64,000 nucleotides of DNA from Paraspadella gotoi (taxonomy: Eukaryota > Animalia > Chaetognatha), in contig CM119267.1 in the NCBI GenBank assembly GCA_051294375.1, forward strand, positions 6,127,992-6,191,991. Reading direction: 5' to 3'. The number at the start of each line of letters is the position of its first letter. Positions within the stretch are counted from its first letter, which is position 1. Below the pieces are notes generated by a model. It had not been told where the DNA came from and ran no database searches. It saw nothing but the letters and a program-made list of their open reading frames with translations. Made by a program: the position numbers and the translations under genes. Below, one piece after another: positions 1 through 15,200 of this stretch.

Positions 1-315
1 AGGGCGATGAGAACGTTTAGATAGGATATCGGGTTACGTTGCGCATCATCTGTGTTGTATTAGTTGTATTAGTTCGGAATAAGAAATTCGTGTTTCTTAC
101 TGCTGGTTTTGTTCTATTTTATTGCGGGATATTTTGTTTATTTACCACCGTTACGTATTTCTGGTCTTATTGTTACGTAGGTTTTTTTTAATGGTGTCGA
201 GTAGATAGTACCTTTGTTCTAGCTAAATTTACTTGTATTTTTGATTGATTCACGTTTAGAAATTAGGCAAAAATTTTAGGGACAATGAAATGGGAATTTG
301 GAAAATAGAATAATA

Positions 316-918
316 ATGTCCAATAGAATCGGAAAGCATAAGACCTCCTCTACGGACTTGAGAATTTTGCAAGAATGCGAAAAAGAGGCCTTCGTCAATA
401 AAAGCCTCCCTTTGATGATCGGTATGGGTGTCGGAACGCATTATCTCGTCAAAATTGGCAAACTGACCGCCAATCCGAAGTGGGGATCCTTGGTCAAAGT
501 GAGCTTCGCTGCGCTCTGTGGCAACATTCTCGGCAGACTACTCCACATCGGGACGGTCAAGGAAAAGCTCAAGGCGGAACCCAACTCTTTGCTGGGCCGA
601 GAATTACGGCGCATTGAGGGCTCCCCGCTTCTTGAGCCCACGGATCTAGAAGTTATCGATATTCTGCGTTCGGAAACCCAAGGGCGAGGCGAGGCGAGTC
701 GGGAAAGCGGCTCGTTGGATCACGGTTACGACGAAATGAGGCGCCTGCACAGAGAGAACCCGGCCGCTGTGGCGCCTTCTGTTTCGGAACGGATGAATAA
801 ACCTGTGAGGGACTCGATTCAAGGTTCTTTTGACGACATCCCTCCGGAGGAAAGGCCTATCAACAAGAGGATGCCCGTTCCAAAGAGGAACAAATACGGA
901 GACATCATCGACGACTGA
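316..918 (+). CDS. OCIAD1: OCIA domain-containing protein (OCIAD1/asrij-like), single exon, 200 aa
   Basis: ATG at 316. N-terminal OCIA motif (LRILQECEKEAFVNKSLPL...PKWGSLVKV...LPNS-like PNSLLG), YDEMRRLHRE, and C-terminal KRNKYGD typical of OCIAD/Asrij. Confidence 0.85.
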   Translation: MSNRIGKHKTSSTDLRILQECEKEAFVNKSLPLMIGMGVGTHYLVKIGKLTANPKWGSLVKVSFAALCGNILGRLLHIGTVKEKLKAEPNSLLGRELRRIEGSPLLEPTDLEVIDILRSETQGRGEASRESGSLDHGYDEMRRLHRENPAAVAPSVSERMNKPVRDSIQGSFDDIPPEERPINKRMPVPKRNKYGDIIDD

Positions 919-983
919 GTTTTCCGCGATGATTGATGCTTTTTTAAGTTTTTATTTATTTTCGATTGTTGCCAGTCCGTCAG

Positions 984-2045
984 ATGCGACGTCTCTTTCG
1001 GACGTTGTATCGTTTTCCTTGGAATCGAACCCTCGTCCCTTTTACGCGAAAGGATTCTTTTCGTGGCAGAATTTACCTGCCGAGCCTCGAACAGACGATC
1101 CGCACAAAAGCAGGATGGATATCGATAATCCACGCGATGTCTTCCCCCGAAACGCGTAGCCTTCTCGAAGATTTCGAGAATGAAGCGGGAAAGAGCAGTC
1201 TCATTCTACCTCATTACCGGCAACACCACAACTGGGACTGCGGAATCGCCTGTCTCAAAATGGTCAGCATTTCCTCCAACCCTTTCATTTCACTTTTTAT
1301 TTTTGACAGTTTGCTTTTTCAAAATTTCATGAAAATAAAAGTTTTTTTTTCTCAAAGCAATTTCCCCCCCCCCACTTGTCTTTATCCGCTTAGGTCCTCT
1401 CTCATTTGGGCCTAAACGAAAACGATGAACTGTCGACCCATTGCGAAAGGCTCGGCTTAAAAACTTCGATCTGGTCGATCGACTTGGCCTACATCCTCGC
1501 CGCATTCGGCATAGACCACAAAATGTTTACCCTCACGCTCGGCGTGGACGAGAACTACCAAAGCGTCGGGTTCTACGCGGAACATTTGAACGAAGACAAT
1601 TCCCGCGTTAACGCCCTCTTTCGAGACAGCAGCCTCCACAACGTGAGAGTCGCCAAGGAATCCGTCGAAACGGAGGCGATTCTACGTCATTTGGAAAATG
1701 GTCAGATCGTCGTCGTCCTAGTCGATTGGAAGAGGATGGATTGTCTCAAATGCAACCCGTTGTACGATTTGAAGATGAGGAGATCAGTCAGCGAACTAGG
1801 GGCCTTTAACGCCGGTTATCAAGGTTCTCTGATGTTAGATTCTTAGAATAATTTTTTTTTATTAATAGCTTTGTTCGTGTTTAGGCCATTTTATTTGCCT
1901 GACGGGAGTGAACCGAGAGAGGAGTCTCATCTACTTTTCGAATCCTTCTTCGGCGCAGTCCGTGTGCGTCTCTCGCTTCGTGGATTTTGAGGCGGCGAGG
2001 AAGGCGTACGGTACCGACGAAGACATCATATTTATTTACAATTGA
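984..2045 (+). CDS. GUCD1: GUCD1 (peptidase C39-like fold), 3 exons: 984(or 1137)-1262, 1394-1823, 1885-2045
   Basis: Motifs QHHNWDCGIACLKM, SIWSIDLAY, YQGHFI, ARKAYGTDEDI. GT-AG introns keep the frame. Start is ambiguous (ATG 984 or ATG 1137, in frame). Confidence 0.88.
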
Positions 2046-2207
2046 TAATGGTTTTATTACGTTGGATCAAAAATTTTATTTAACATTCACTAAATACACT
2101 AAAAAAACATTTTCGATGGTACGCTTTGCTCAAAAACTAATTCCAGATTTACCTCAGAATTTCTTTTAGGTTAGAATTCGGAATAAAATAACAAAAAAAA
2201 AAACAAA

Positions 2208-4841
2208 ATGGCCACCGCGGTCGAACGAACTTGCGAGACTCCTGGGTGCGACAAAGAAGCTAAGCTGCAGTGTCCCACTTGTATCAAGTTGGAAGTTGAA
2301 GGCTCCTTTTTTTGTTCACAAGAGTGCTTCAAGGGATTCTGGAACGAACACAAGGCCATTCACAAGACTGCCAAGGCCAAGGCCTCGTTAACAGCCAACG
2401 GTGTGCCCGGGGGCAAAGTCGCCGAGACCTACAACCCTTGGCCCAGTTATTCCTTCACGGGCAAACTGCGACCTTTCCCGCAATCGGCCAAGCGGGAAGC
2501 GAAGCCTGGCGTCGCTCGTCCGGACTACGCGGATCACAGAGAAGGCTTTCCGGCTAGCGAAAGAGCGGCCAGGGGTTCTTCGGTCATCAAGACGCTCAAT
2601 GACGCCGAGTTGGAGGACATGAGACTGGCGTGCAAGCTGGCGAGAGAGGTGAGCGTTTTGAACGTATCTTGATTGTTTTTTGGTAGCCCCACTCAATGGG
2701 GTTATCAAAAAATTCTAAAAAATATATAGTACATGCTCAAATGAAAATTTATACAGTTCAATGGACAAAAAATTTCTTATAAGACCCTAGAATACCCTAC
2801 TAATTAAGTTTTAAATATTTATAGATACAAATGCTAAAAATTTTTAAAGAAATTTTACATTTAAAGATGAAATTCAGATAGCTCATAAAAGGTTTTATGG
2901 ACAAAGTATAATTATTTTTTGAATATTTTATTGGGTCAAATATAAGTAAAACCAGTTTTTTACATTTTTACTGGGAAAATGTAAGATTTTTTAAAAGCTG
3001 TAAATATATCTTTCATTTAACTTTTTATGCTGTATCAGAATCCAATTATAGGATTTTTATAAAAAAGATTTTCTCTATATAATAATATAATAATTTTAAT
3101 TAAGCTCGAACACTCGGAAGAAAGTATTTTTGACAAAAAATACTTTAATACTAAAATCTATGCTTATGATATATTATTTTAATGATGTGTACACACATTA
3201 GCATTTTAATTTGATCGGGTATGGTTTTGTGTAAATCCTCTATCGATGTCTCTCTCTGTTAGTTCTTTTATTTATGGTTTTATGGCGGTATATTCACACC
3301 GCCTCACATCCACCATCGTTCAGACAATACCATTGACTCAGAGTAGGGTGTTGAAAAATAACGAAATATAACAAATCAAGTGAGGTACATAGCTATTTTA
3401 GTGTAATAAAGTCTGTAGAATTCGATGATGATAACCATTTTTTTGTATAGTCTCATCTTCTTTGTCGGAAATGGCGATATTTGCAGCATATAAGGTGCTA
3501 TTAAAATGGAGCAAACATTGTAGAGTATAAGAAACTCAAATTATTAAGATTTTATAAAAGCCATATTTAATTTACATAATATAAAAATAAAGACCCATAT
3601 AAATATTTTGGTAAGTTTATTTACAAATTTTATATTTTATTAATAGTTTGTTAGCTATAATTATTAATAAATAATAATAAAACATAAGCTAAAATGAAAA
3701 AATTAAAATTTTAAAACCNNNNNNNNNNTTCAACGCTCTACTCAGAGGGGGAACGCACCATCCCAAGCATTGTGTTCCATCCATTCCACAGTCCTAACGA
3801 CTTTTCACTGTGTTGGCAAAGCGAGACCGTTCTAGGGTAACCGCGCCAGTGACAGGAGGCGTCCCTGAGGGTCGGAAGCCCCCAAAGCCAACAGTGAGAT
3901 GCCCCATCCCAATGGGCATCACTGGCAACCCGGCTGTTGCCATAGTTTCCCCTTTTCTTTAACTTTTAATTTTAACAGGTTCTCGACGAAGGAGCGGCCG
4001 CTATTGCCGTGGGAGTGACCACTGACGAGATTGATCGCGTGGTGCACGAGGCTTGCATGGAACGCGACTGCTACCCTTCGCCCCTCAATTATTACACTTT
4101 CCCCAAATCATGTTGTACTTCAGTCAACGAAGTCATTTGTCACGGGATTCCAGACATGCGCCCCTTAGCTAATGGGGACATCGTTAATCTTGACGTCACT
4201 GTTTATCACAGAGGTGAAGGAAACTTAACTATCCTTCTCCGCTGAATCCCAAACACGAGACTAAATAAAAATCCTCTTTGACCTCAGGATATCACGGAGA
4301 TCTGAACGAGACATTCTTCGTGGGTCAAGTGGACGAGGAATCGAAAAAGCTGGTCCGCGTGGCGTGGGAATGTTTAGACAACGCCATCAAGATGGTCAAA
4401 CCGGGAGAAAAATACCGAGAACTCGGCAGCGTCATCCAAAAGCACGCTCAATCCAACGGGTATTCCGTCGTTCGATCTTACTGCGGTCATGGCATCCACA
4501 ATCTCTTTCATACGGCCCCCAACGTGCCTCATTATGCTAAGAACAAAGCCGTTGGCATCATGAAGCCTGGTGAGATTCTCTTTGTTGTAAAGTCAGGCGA
4601 CTCGATTTTTTTAACTTTATTACTCTTATCACTTCCAGGTCATTGCTTTACGATAGAACCAATGATAAACTCTGGCGTCTATCGAGACGTAACGTGGCCC
4701 GACAATTGGACCGCAGTGACGACTGACGGGCGACGGTCCGCTCAGTTCGAACACACCCTCGTCGTCACCGAAAGTGGTTGCGACATTCTGACTGCGAGGC
4801 AGGCTAAAGACGGTCAACCATGGTTTATGGATTCCTTGTGA
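2208..4841 (+). CDS. METAP1: Methionine aminopeptidase 1; exons 2208-2648, 3979-4213, 4288-4569, 4639-4841
   Basis: N-terminal zinc finger ([21 protein letters not shown]), [47 protein letters not shown]. Confidence 0.97.
3344..3740. mobile_element. Non-autonomous TIR element (hAT-like MITE) in METAP1 intron 1, spanning the N gap
   Basis: Termini TAGGGTGTTGAA (3344) and TTCAACGCTCTA (3740) are imperfect inverted repeats. CTCAGAG is duplicated on both flanks (3337-3343, 3741-3747). Confidence 0.65.
3719..3728. other. Assembly gap (10 N)
   Basis: Run of n characters in the sequence. Confidence 1.
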
Positions 4842-5233
4842 CCGTTCACGAAAATATAGGGAAATTGGAAAAACGGGGAAAATTTATGTCAAAGGAATGG
4901 AACAGTTTTCGGGATTTTGTATAGATTCGATGGCGAACAGTTAGTGTTATTTTTTACTCTGTTTATTTTTTTTTATTTGCTAGTCAGCTAATGTTACCAG
5001 ACGTACATTTTTCCGCGATATATCGATTCTGTCGAATATTTGACTCTTCTTCCTCAGCAGACTCCCGATGACTTTCGCTTCCATACGTTTTTTTTTTTTT
5101 TTTTGAGTGTTTTTGGTTTTAAATTATGATTAGGAATTAATGTAATGAAATCCAGAATTTGTTTTATTCATGTTTGTTATTTCCTTTTGTAATACAAGGC
5201 TTAGGGTTTATTTAAAGGGGTTGGACAACGTCA

Positions 5234-7566
<2,333 letters not shown>

Positions 7567-8370
7567 ACCCTAAAGTAGTTAGGTAAACTACAAGACTTAT
7601 TTGTAGACAATGTCTTTGACGCTTCTCTTTTCCGAAGTTCGGAAAAGTACTTAAAAATGGGTAGGGGGGAAAATCGAGAAGGTGGGAAAAACGTGGTTCG
7701 AGCCAGTTTATCATTTGACCTCGTTGCCGAAGTTTTCTGTGTGGTGTGTGTAATTCTGACAAAGGGACTTTGGTGCTAAAGCATTATGATAAGGTGATCC
7801 ACAGTATTTTGATCTGAATTTTTCTGATTACCTCGTTATCCTGGGGTTATTTTTTTTTAGAAATTTTATCTAGTTTTTTTATTGTACCAAATAATAAATA
7901 TCCCACCGGTGAATTCATGAAAAGTGGCACTTAATTAATAATAAAATGTTTTTATTTTTCTCTAACCGAACGTTATCTTATGCAGAGTTAGATGTGAAAG
8001 GAAAAGCTTATGTTGTTGCTTTTATATCTGCGCTTGGAAATGAATTTTTAAAAGCCCAGCTACTAACCGTTAATCCTTGAATTTGAGGTACGAACAATTT
8101 CATATTCCTCACCTCCTGATTTCATTCATTGCCGCGAAGTGTTGTGCCGCTTCGCCTGCTTTCAATGTCTCGGTAATTATTTATATGTTGATTGAATCGA
8201 AATACTTCAGCTTCAAGCGGAAACAAAAATTTAAAATTCACGTGATCTTTTTTTGTAATAAAAAAACGATTGTAAACTATTTGCATGTTTCGATTGTTTA
8301 TTTTTTTACACGAAGTTAGCCCAAACTGAAATCGAAATCAGCGGTGGACGAGGAACAAGACAAAGTGAAA

Positions 8371-10478
8371 ATGGCTTCTGGGGACGCCGGTGACAATCCC
8401 CCTCCCATCACCTCGGAGTCACTTCCCCCTATCGAGGAGCGCCTTGCCGATCTGCGGCCCTCTCGTCAACTCTTGGAATTCTACCGGCAAAAGATCGCCG
8501 AGTACGACGACGAATACCAAGAGTTACTGAAGCGTTTTGAGACTCTCAACGCATCGCAAGAGGACATGATCAAAATGGAAACCGATTTGCGCGGAAGAGA
8601 GGCTGAGATTCATCAACTGCAGAAGGCGCTCAGCGACATTCAAGTCTTCCTCATGCAAGAACGCGAGCACGTTGTCCGCTTGTACAGCGAAAATGACAGA
8701 CTCAAGCTCCAACAGTTCGAGGATAGTAAAAAAATTCAAGTGAGTCTAGATGTACATATTAAATAGGATAGTTTTTAAAATTTCAAGATTTATTTTATCT
8801 CAGGCTCTTTTGGCATTTATGGGAGGAAAGAATGCCGGAAGTAGAGAACCCGGGGAGGTGACCTATTTTCATCGAGAACCGCCATCACGGGCGATCGTGG
8901 AAGAGGTCAATTTACTCCATGATGAAGTTGGACGAGAGCGAGAGCGGAGGCCCAATGTTCTGCTCCCATCTGACCTTGATCCTAACAAAGGTATTTGTCT
9001 CCCGAACCAATACGTCGTTTATAATCATATTTCCACATTTTATTTTCCTCCGATTTTCAGCTCCTTCGAAAAAAACGCGATCCGCGCGTAACAAACCCAC
9101 GGCGACTCTCTCAACCGAAGCAGAACCAGAAAATGGGACGGAATCGGAAGTGATGCGTCTCAAAATAAAGGCGCTCCAAGCTCAATTGGAGGAAGTGACG
9201 CGGACGTCGCGCGAGCAGATCGACGTGTTGACTGAGGACCGACGGGTGGCGCGCGAGGAGAGTGACGCTAGGGTGGACAAAGCCGAGGAGAGAATGGAAG
9301 CCATGCGGGTTAAACACGATCGAGTTCAGGAGTTGCTGAGGCAAACGACCCAGGTTTCTGAATCGGGAAGAAATCATTTTTGTAATTTATGGGCTAATTT
9401 TATTATTTGTTACTTTTAGGATCTTCTCACGGAAAAACAGAATCATCGGGCGGCGGAACGTCAATGGATGTTGGAGAAGGATCGTCTTTTGCGGGACTTG
9501 GAGGAAGCCAGGGATCGAGGATACGAGAGCGACGGAATCGACGAAAACGAACTCGATCCCACCGTCGACGGGAATCTCGGTCCCCGCCAAGCCGACGTTG
9601 TCATCGGAAGTTGCCCCGACCTCGCGACCGCATCGTGCAGAGTCGCTGGGGAGAGAGGGCCTCGCGATGCCGATTCAACAGCGGCGAAGCTGACCGCGGA
9701 TCACAGCGCCCAGACTTTGATACCCTCGCTCGGTAAGAGTTATTTGTGTTAGTTGGGGATCGATAGTGAATCGCTATTAGTGATTTGTTTTTATTGTATC
9801 GCACGATGAACTTCTTATTAAGGCACTTTACCACCTCGACCGACGCGTTCAACTCAACGACTTTCAGGCCGAGGCCTCTCGAGTCGCAGCGTTAGAGTCG
9901 CCGATGCCGTCTTGGAGCAACGGGAAAAACAGCACCAGCTGGAGATAGAGGCGAGTCTGGGCTTTAATAATATTGATTAAATTGTTTTTTAATATTTTAT
10001 CATCCTCTATTTCCTCCCCCTCATCTTTTCTGTCCCAATCCTGCAGGCTCTTCAGAACCAACTCATTCAAGCCAACAAATTGTCGGAAATGTACCGAGAC
10101 CAAGTCATCGGGGTGGAGAGTGAGTTGAGCCGATTGCGCGAAGAGGACAGCCTCAACCGAACCGTCTACAAGGAACGTTCGGACAGCATGGCGCAACGGC
10201 TCAAGCAAATGAAAGATAGACACGCCGCTCTGGAGCGGCGAAGGCTCTTGGAGGCCGAAGGCTACCGCACGGACATTCGACTTTTGAGGAACCGACTCAA
10301 GGATGCCGAGAAACAGATTTATAAATTGACGGTTTCCCTTCCGGTCGCCGACGGTGACGACATGGCTATCCTGAAGGAAGTGAAGGCCGGATCGGCCAGA
10401 GCGAAAAAAGCCCAGGGAGAGGTCAATCTGTTAAAAGCCAAGGTTTACGGTTTGGAACATCAGTTGAGAAGGCTTTGA
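8371..10478 (+). CDS. CCDC77: Coiled-coil domain-containing 77 (centriolar protein); at least 6 exons, true start may be upstream (~8165-8340)
   Basis: LPPIEERLADLRPSRQLLEFYRQKIAE, LQKALSDIQVFLMQEREHVVRLYSENDRL, LERRRLLEAEGYRTDIRLLR match recalled CCDC77 motifs. Last intron is GC-AG (9951-10046). Confidence 0.88.
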
Positions 10479-10847
10479 TTGTTGATTTATTTTAATTTTT
10501 GTATTCATTGATAGTAAATTGCCTCATACCAATATTATTTGTTATCTTTTGTCAATTTTATTAAGATAATTGTCTATTGTCAAAATGTTTTAAACATTGC
10601 TGAACTGAAGAATCACAAGACATGACAAGATCATAAAAAAAGTTGCGCAATCCTAAAAAATCTTATGTAATGTTGCGAAATTATTAACTCAGTTCGAACT
10701 AATTCGCTTCGCCTTGGCAATCGTGCTGAATGAAGTTATTCCTTTCCAGTCCTTCCCGTTTTGCAATAGCGAACGAATTCTATATACCATTCCATTAACC
10801 TCAGAAAAGCTTCAAAAAGGAAAGAACTGCCTCAATAACTGCTTTTT

Positions 10848-11747
10848 ATGCAGTTTGTTTCGAAATCGCGATTCCACATCATAAACGTTCCTTTGCTCAA
10901 AATGTCCCTCAACTCTCACAATCGCGCGGAAACTTTCGCCTCTCAGAATCTCAAAGAGAATGTCCGAAAAGTTGTCAAGCTCGCGGAAAGGCGGGAGGTC
11001 GTCGTCGAACGGGCTTCACGAGTTCTCCTTGACAACGGCGTTGTCGCCCTTCCCACGGACACCTTGTACGGCTTGGCCGGTCAAGCCCAGAGTACCGTAG
11101 CTGTTGAAAGGATTTACGGCATCAAGGAAAGGCACAACGAAAAACCTTTGGCCATCTGCGTCGGTGATATTGCGGATGTTTACAAGTGGGCCCATGTTCA
11201 TTGCGATGGGTCGCTATTGGAAAAGCTTTTGCCAGGTGAAGTTCCGATTCTTATTATACAGAATTCCAACGGGTGGCCTATCGATATTTTGTTGGATTTG
11301 CTCAATTGATTTTTTTTCATGATTTCTTCAGGTCCAGTGACGCTTCTCTTCAAGCGCAAACCGGAATTAAACCCAGACCTGAACCCAGGAGTCGGCGCAA
11401 TTGGAATCCGCATCCCAGACTCTGACTTCATCCGTGATCTTTGTCGCGCTTGTCAGGCCCCGCTTGCGCTGACCAGCGCTAATGCCAGCGCCGCGCTTAG
11501 CACCCTCTGCGTCGACGAGTTCGAGTACCTTTGGCCCAAAATCGATCTCATTGTCGACGGTGGAGCCATCGGAGCCCAAGAGGGCGTGGAGGGAGAATCG
11601 GCTTCGTCGACGCCCACCTCGCGCGAAGGTTCGACCGTCGTCGATTTGACCCGGCCCCGTCGATTCCGCATTATCCGAGCCGGTTCGGCCTTGATAGGAA
11701 CGCGGGACGTTTTAAGGCGCGAGTACGGCATGGATGAGGACGAATGA
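10848..11747 (+). CDS. YRDC: Threonylcarbamoyl-AMP synthase (YrdC/Sua5, t6A tRNA modification); exons 10848-11235, 11332-11747
   Basis: VVALPTDTLYGLA, IYGIKER..KPLAICV, LLPGPVTL, IGIRIPD, PLALTSAN, GSTVVDL. Confidence 0.95.
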
Positions 11748-12280
11748 GCTTTGAAAAAACTTGGTTGACAATCGACACACACGTTGGTATCTTCAGGGCC
11801 TTATTTATTTTTTACGATCTTGTTTCGTAATTAGTTTTGGAAAATTTAATGTTTATTGTTATCTGTTGCCTTAACTTCTCAGATTAGAAAATTCAACCGA
11901 ATTGCTTTTCGGACAAACTATCGTAGGTTTTGCATGAAATCATCATGTGAAATTATTAATTAAAAATTGTTTGTGATAACCTTTTTGTGAATCATTTACA
12001 GCTATGAATTTTTAAAATTAATAATAATAAATATTTTTTGTAAATTGTGATTTTTTTTCTTCTAAGATTGACGAAATAAGTTAGTTTCACCAATTAAATA
12101 GCCAGAATAGTAGCACACCGAAGATGAGCTGTATTTTTATTTTTATTTTATTTTTTTTTGTAACAAGGAAATTATGACGATGGCCAAGCTGGTCTTGAGT
12201 CATCGTCGATTAAACAATTTGACGCTATAGATTAATGGCATGATTAACATTGAAATCGATTCCCAGTTCAACTGTGATCC

Positions 12281-15200
12281 ATGTCGGCCTCGATTGATTT
12301 TCGCGGCCGTCGACTAAAAACTAGTCATAGAAGCGCAATAAGACGTAAGTGTCTTTAGAGATAATTTAAGGCTAGGTCTCTAAGATTGTTATCATTAACA
12401 TCCTTACTCGGTTGCTTTTATCCACCTTTCCCGATCGGAAAGAGCGTCACAATAGCGAGGAAGATGCCGTTTTCTTTGACAAATCAAAATCGGTGGCGGA
12501 AAACGTCCGTCAAGCTCTGGTCGACGTCGTGGTCAAGGGCGTCCCGAAGGGCAGAAAATTGGGCCAACTCAACACCCTCGTTAACATCCTTCGGTCCGAG
12601 TTTACCCGTCGCGTCAAGGAGGCGAAGGAGGCCGAATCGGCGGCGAACATTTCTTGGAAAGTCACCTTGGGGTTGGATCCCCCTGCCTTTGTCGTCTGCC
12701 TCAGTATTGGTTTACTCCACCCTGAATCGGAGGTGAGGGCCGATTGGAGTTTTTTATGAAAGGAAAAAAACTGGATGGAAAATTTTTTGTTTCAAGGTTC
12801 GCGCTGCTACTCTCCGTGCCTTCAGATATTTATTCACCCTTTGCACCACGACACACATCAACAAAGGTTATTTCAGTTTCAGTGTTATTCCTATCATCTT
12901 TACATAATCGATTGTCTTCGGCAGATATACCAAACAATGCTCAACGAATTTCTATCGATTACCTACGAGCCTTTAACGACGTCAAACTCGATTTACTTAT
13001 CGCCAGGTATTTCTTTCTTTACATATAAAAACTTTGTTATGATTCTTTCTTTTCGTTGTGTTTGTAAATTAGGAAAAACAGTTTTTAAGGTCAACAACGA
13101 TTTATTATTGGATATAAGTCGGACAAGTTTCAACTCTTTATTAAGAGTCTTCTTCGCTGAAATCCAATAATAAATCGTTGTTGACCTTAAAAACTGTTTT
13201 TCCTAACATATAAAAACTAAAAGCATGAGGTTCAATGTTCATTTACGTTTTTGGAAGGTCGCTTGACGTACACGTGGAAAATGAGATGGAGCGAGTACAG
13301 GCGCTGAGATTGGTCCGGCGAATGGCGTCGTTGGCCTCTCGAGTCGAAGTCACTCTGGCTCATCCAAAGCGTCCGCTTCCCGCCTCCGTGGTCAGAGCCT
13401 TGGTCTCTATCGGCGGCAACTACGCACCCGAAAAGGTGGCCCGCGTAATAGCAAGATAGCAATTGTAATAGTGTTGGGAGTGGTTTTATGAAGAATCACC
13501 GGTGGACGATGTCGATGGGCGCTGTCCTCTGTTTTATGCTCCAACAATAGTAATACCGTGACCAAATTATCTTTTTGTTTCTCTATTTTTCTGTTTATTC
13601 GACCGTTATGTTTCTTCCCTCTACATTTACATAGGACGACGCTCGCCTAAGTTGCCTCGCCACAATGTGCGAAATCGCCGTATCTCACTGTGATTTGTCC
13701 CGCGAGTGTTCGGTATGTCCGGCGCTAATGGAGGCCGTGCTGGACACGCCCTCGCCAAGGGCCGGGGAAGCTATGCTACACGCTGTTGTCCATCTACTCA
13801 ACGCCTCTCACTGCCATGGATACTCAAACCAAAGTGAGAAAATTCAGTTTTAAGTATTAAAGGCCAATATAAATTCTTTAGCATTGTTGATGTAAAGAAG
13901 CACGTTTGTGTACATATGATACCAGATGAAACCGATTATCGCCTCTCGCCGTCTTCTTGCATCAACGTTGATCTCCTTGTGGCTCCGTTGACGGACGCCA
14001 ACTACAAGCACGTCGCCGATTCCTTGATGAGCTCTTCGTCCTCGGACGCCTCCGCTGAAGTCCGGGCCGCCCGCGTCGCGGCTGCCGCTCACGCTACTCT
14101 GACCCTGCTTCGGACGTGGCCCGGCCTGGCGCATCTGTGTCGCGGATGCGGCGGCGGGTCGCCCATCCAGTCTCTCATCGGCGTCCTCTACACGCCGGAG
14201 CGCGAAATGACCAAGGGCGTTGTGGATCTGCTCTACGCCGTCTTCGAGATACCAGCGCCGCCGGAAATCATAGATTTGTTGGAGACAGTCTCCTTTGTCG
14301 CCGATTCGTCCAAGTTCGCCATGAGAGACTCGTGGCGCTTGTCGGCTGGGTAAGTTGCTTAAAACATAATTTGAGAAATAACATAGGGGAGTTTTCTTTA
14401 GCAACTAGTAGTCTTATTTTTCGGTTTACTAGTTACGTCGCCGAGGAGGGACTCGACATTTTACCTTATCTCGCCGAAACTCGCCCCAACCTACTTGTCA
14501 ACCACCTAGCATTGTTGTTGGCGACGTTAGTGGAGAACGGGATTCTCGACGCTCTCGTCGAGTTGGCGCTTGGCGATGGAAGCGACGACGTTATGCGGGG
14601 ACGCGTCGTCGCGCTCCTCGGACACTTGCTCCACCTCACTTATCGAACACAGCCGGCCGAGCGCGGACTTAACTTCCATGGCCTCCCGACCCTTGTGGCT
14701 GCTGCTTCCCCTTGCGGGGAAGATTTAGTGAAAAGAAGTCGAGCGAAAGCCGCCATTAACGCATTAGAACTTTTCCACAAGATCAAAACGGCTCGATCGA
14801 TGCCGATACCGCATTCTTTGCAACTTCGTTTGATACTTAGTCAAAATGGTAAGTTTATCTGAAATAAAGAAAAGGAAAACCTAAACTACGTACTTATTCT
14901 TTTTCATCTTTTGTCAGGATATTATGCTTCATCGATAAGCGGCGATTCTGCCTTGCTCGGCCTGACCAAAGACGCCCTACTTCCTTTCGTAATGAAAGCT
15001 GAGCATCACGACGATTCTGTCTCCCGCGCCGTTCGCAACACGCTCGTCTTGAGCGGGCGCGATCCCATTCAGTGGAACTGGCACCTCATCGCTTCGCTCC
15101 TAAAGTGGACGGCTCACAGGTCGGGAGAAGACGCTCTTTCCGGGTCCTCTTCGTCGTCGACTTCCGGTAAGCTGGCATTTTTTAAATGAAGTATTTAGTA

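Noticed and set aside
1-24. Possible 3' end of an upstream + strand gene (…AGA ACG TTT AGA TAG)
   Set aside because: Too short to support. It would fit the array extending leftwards.
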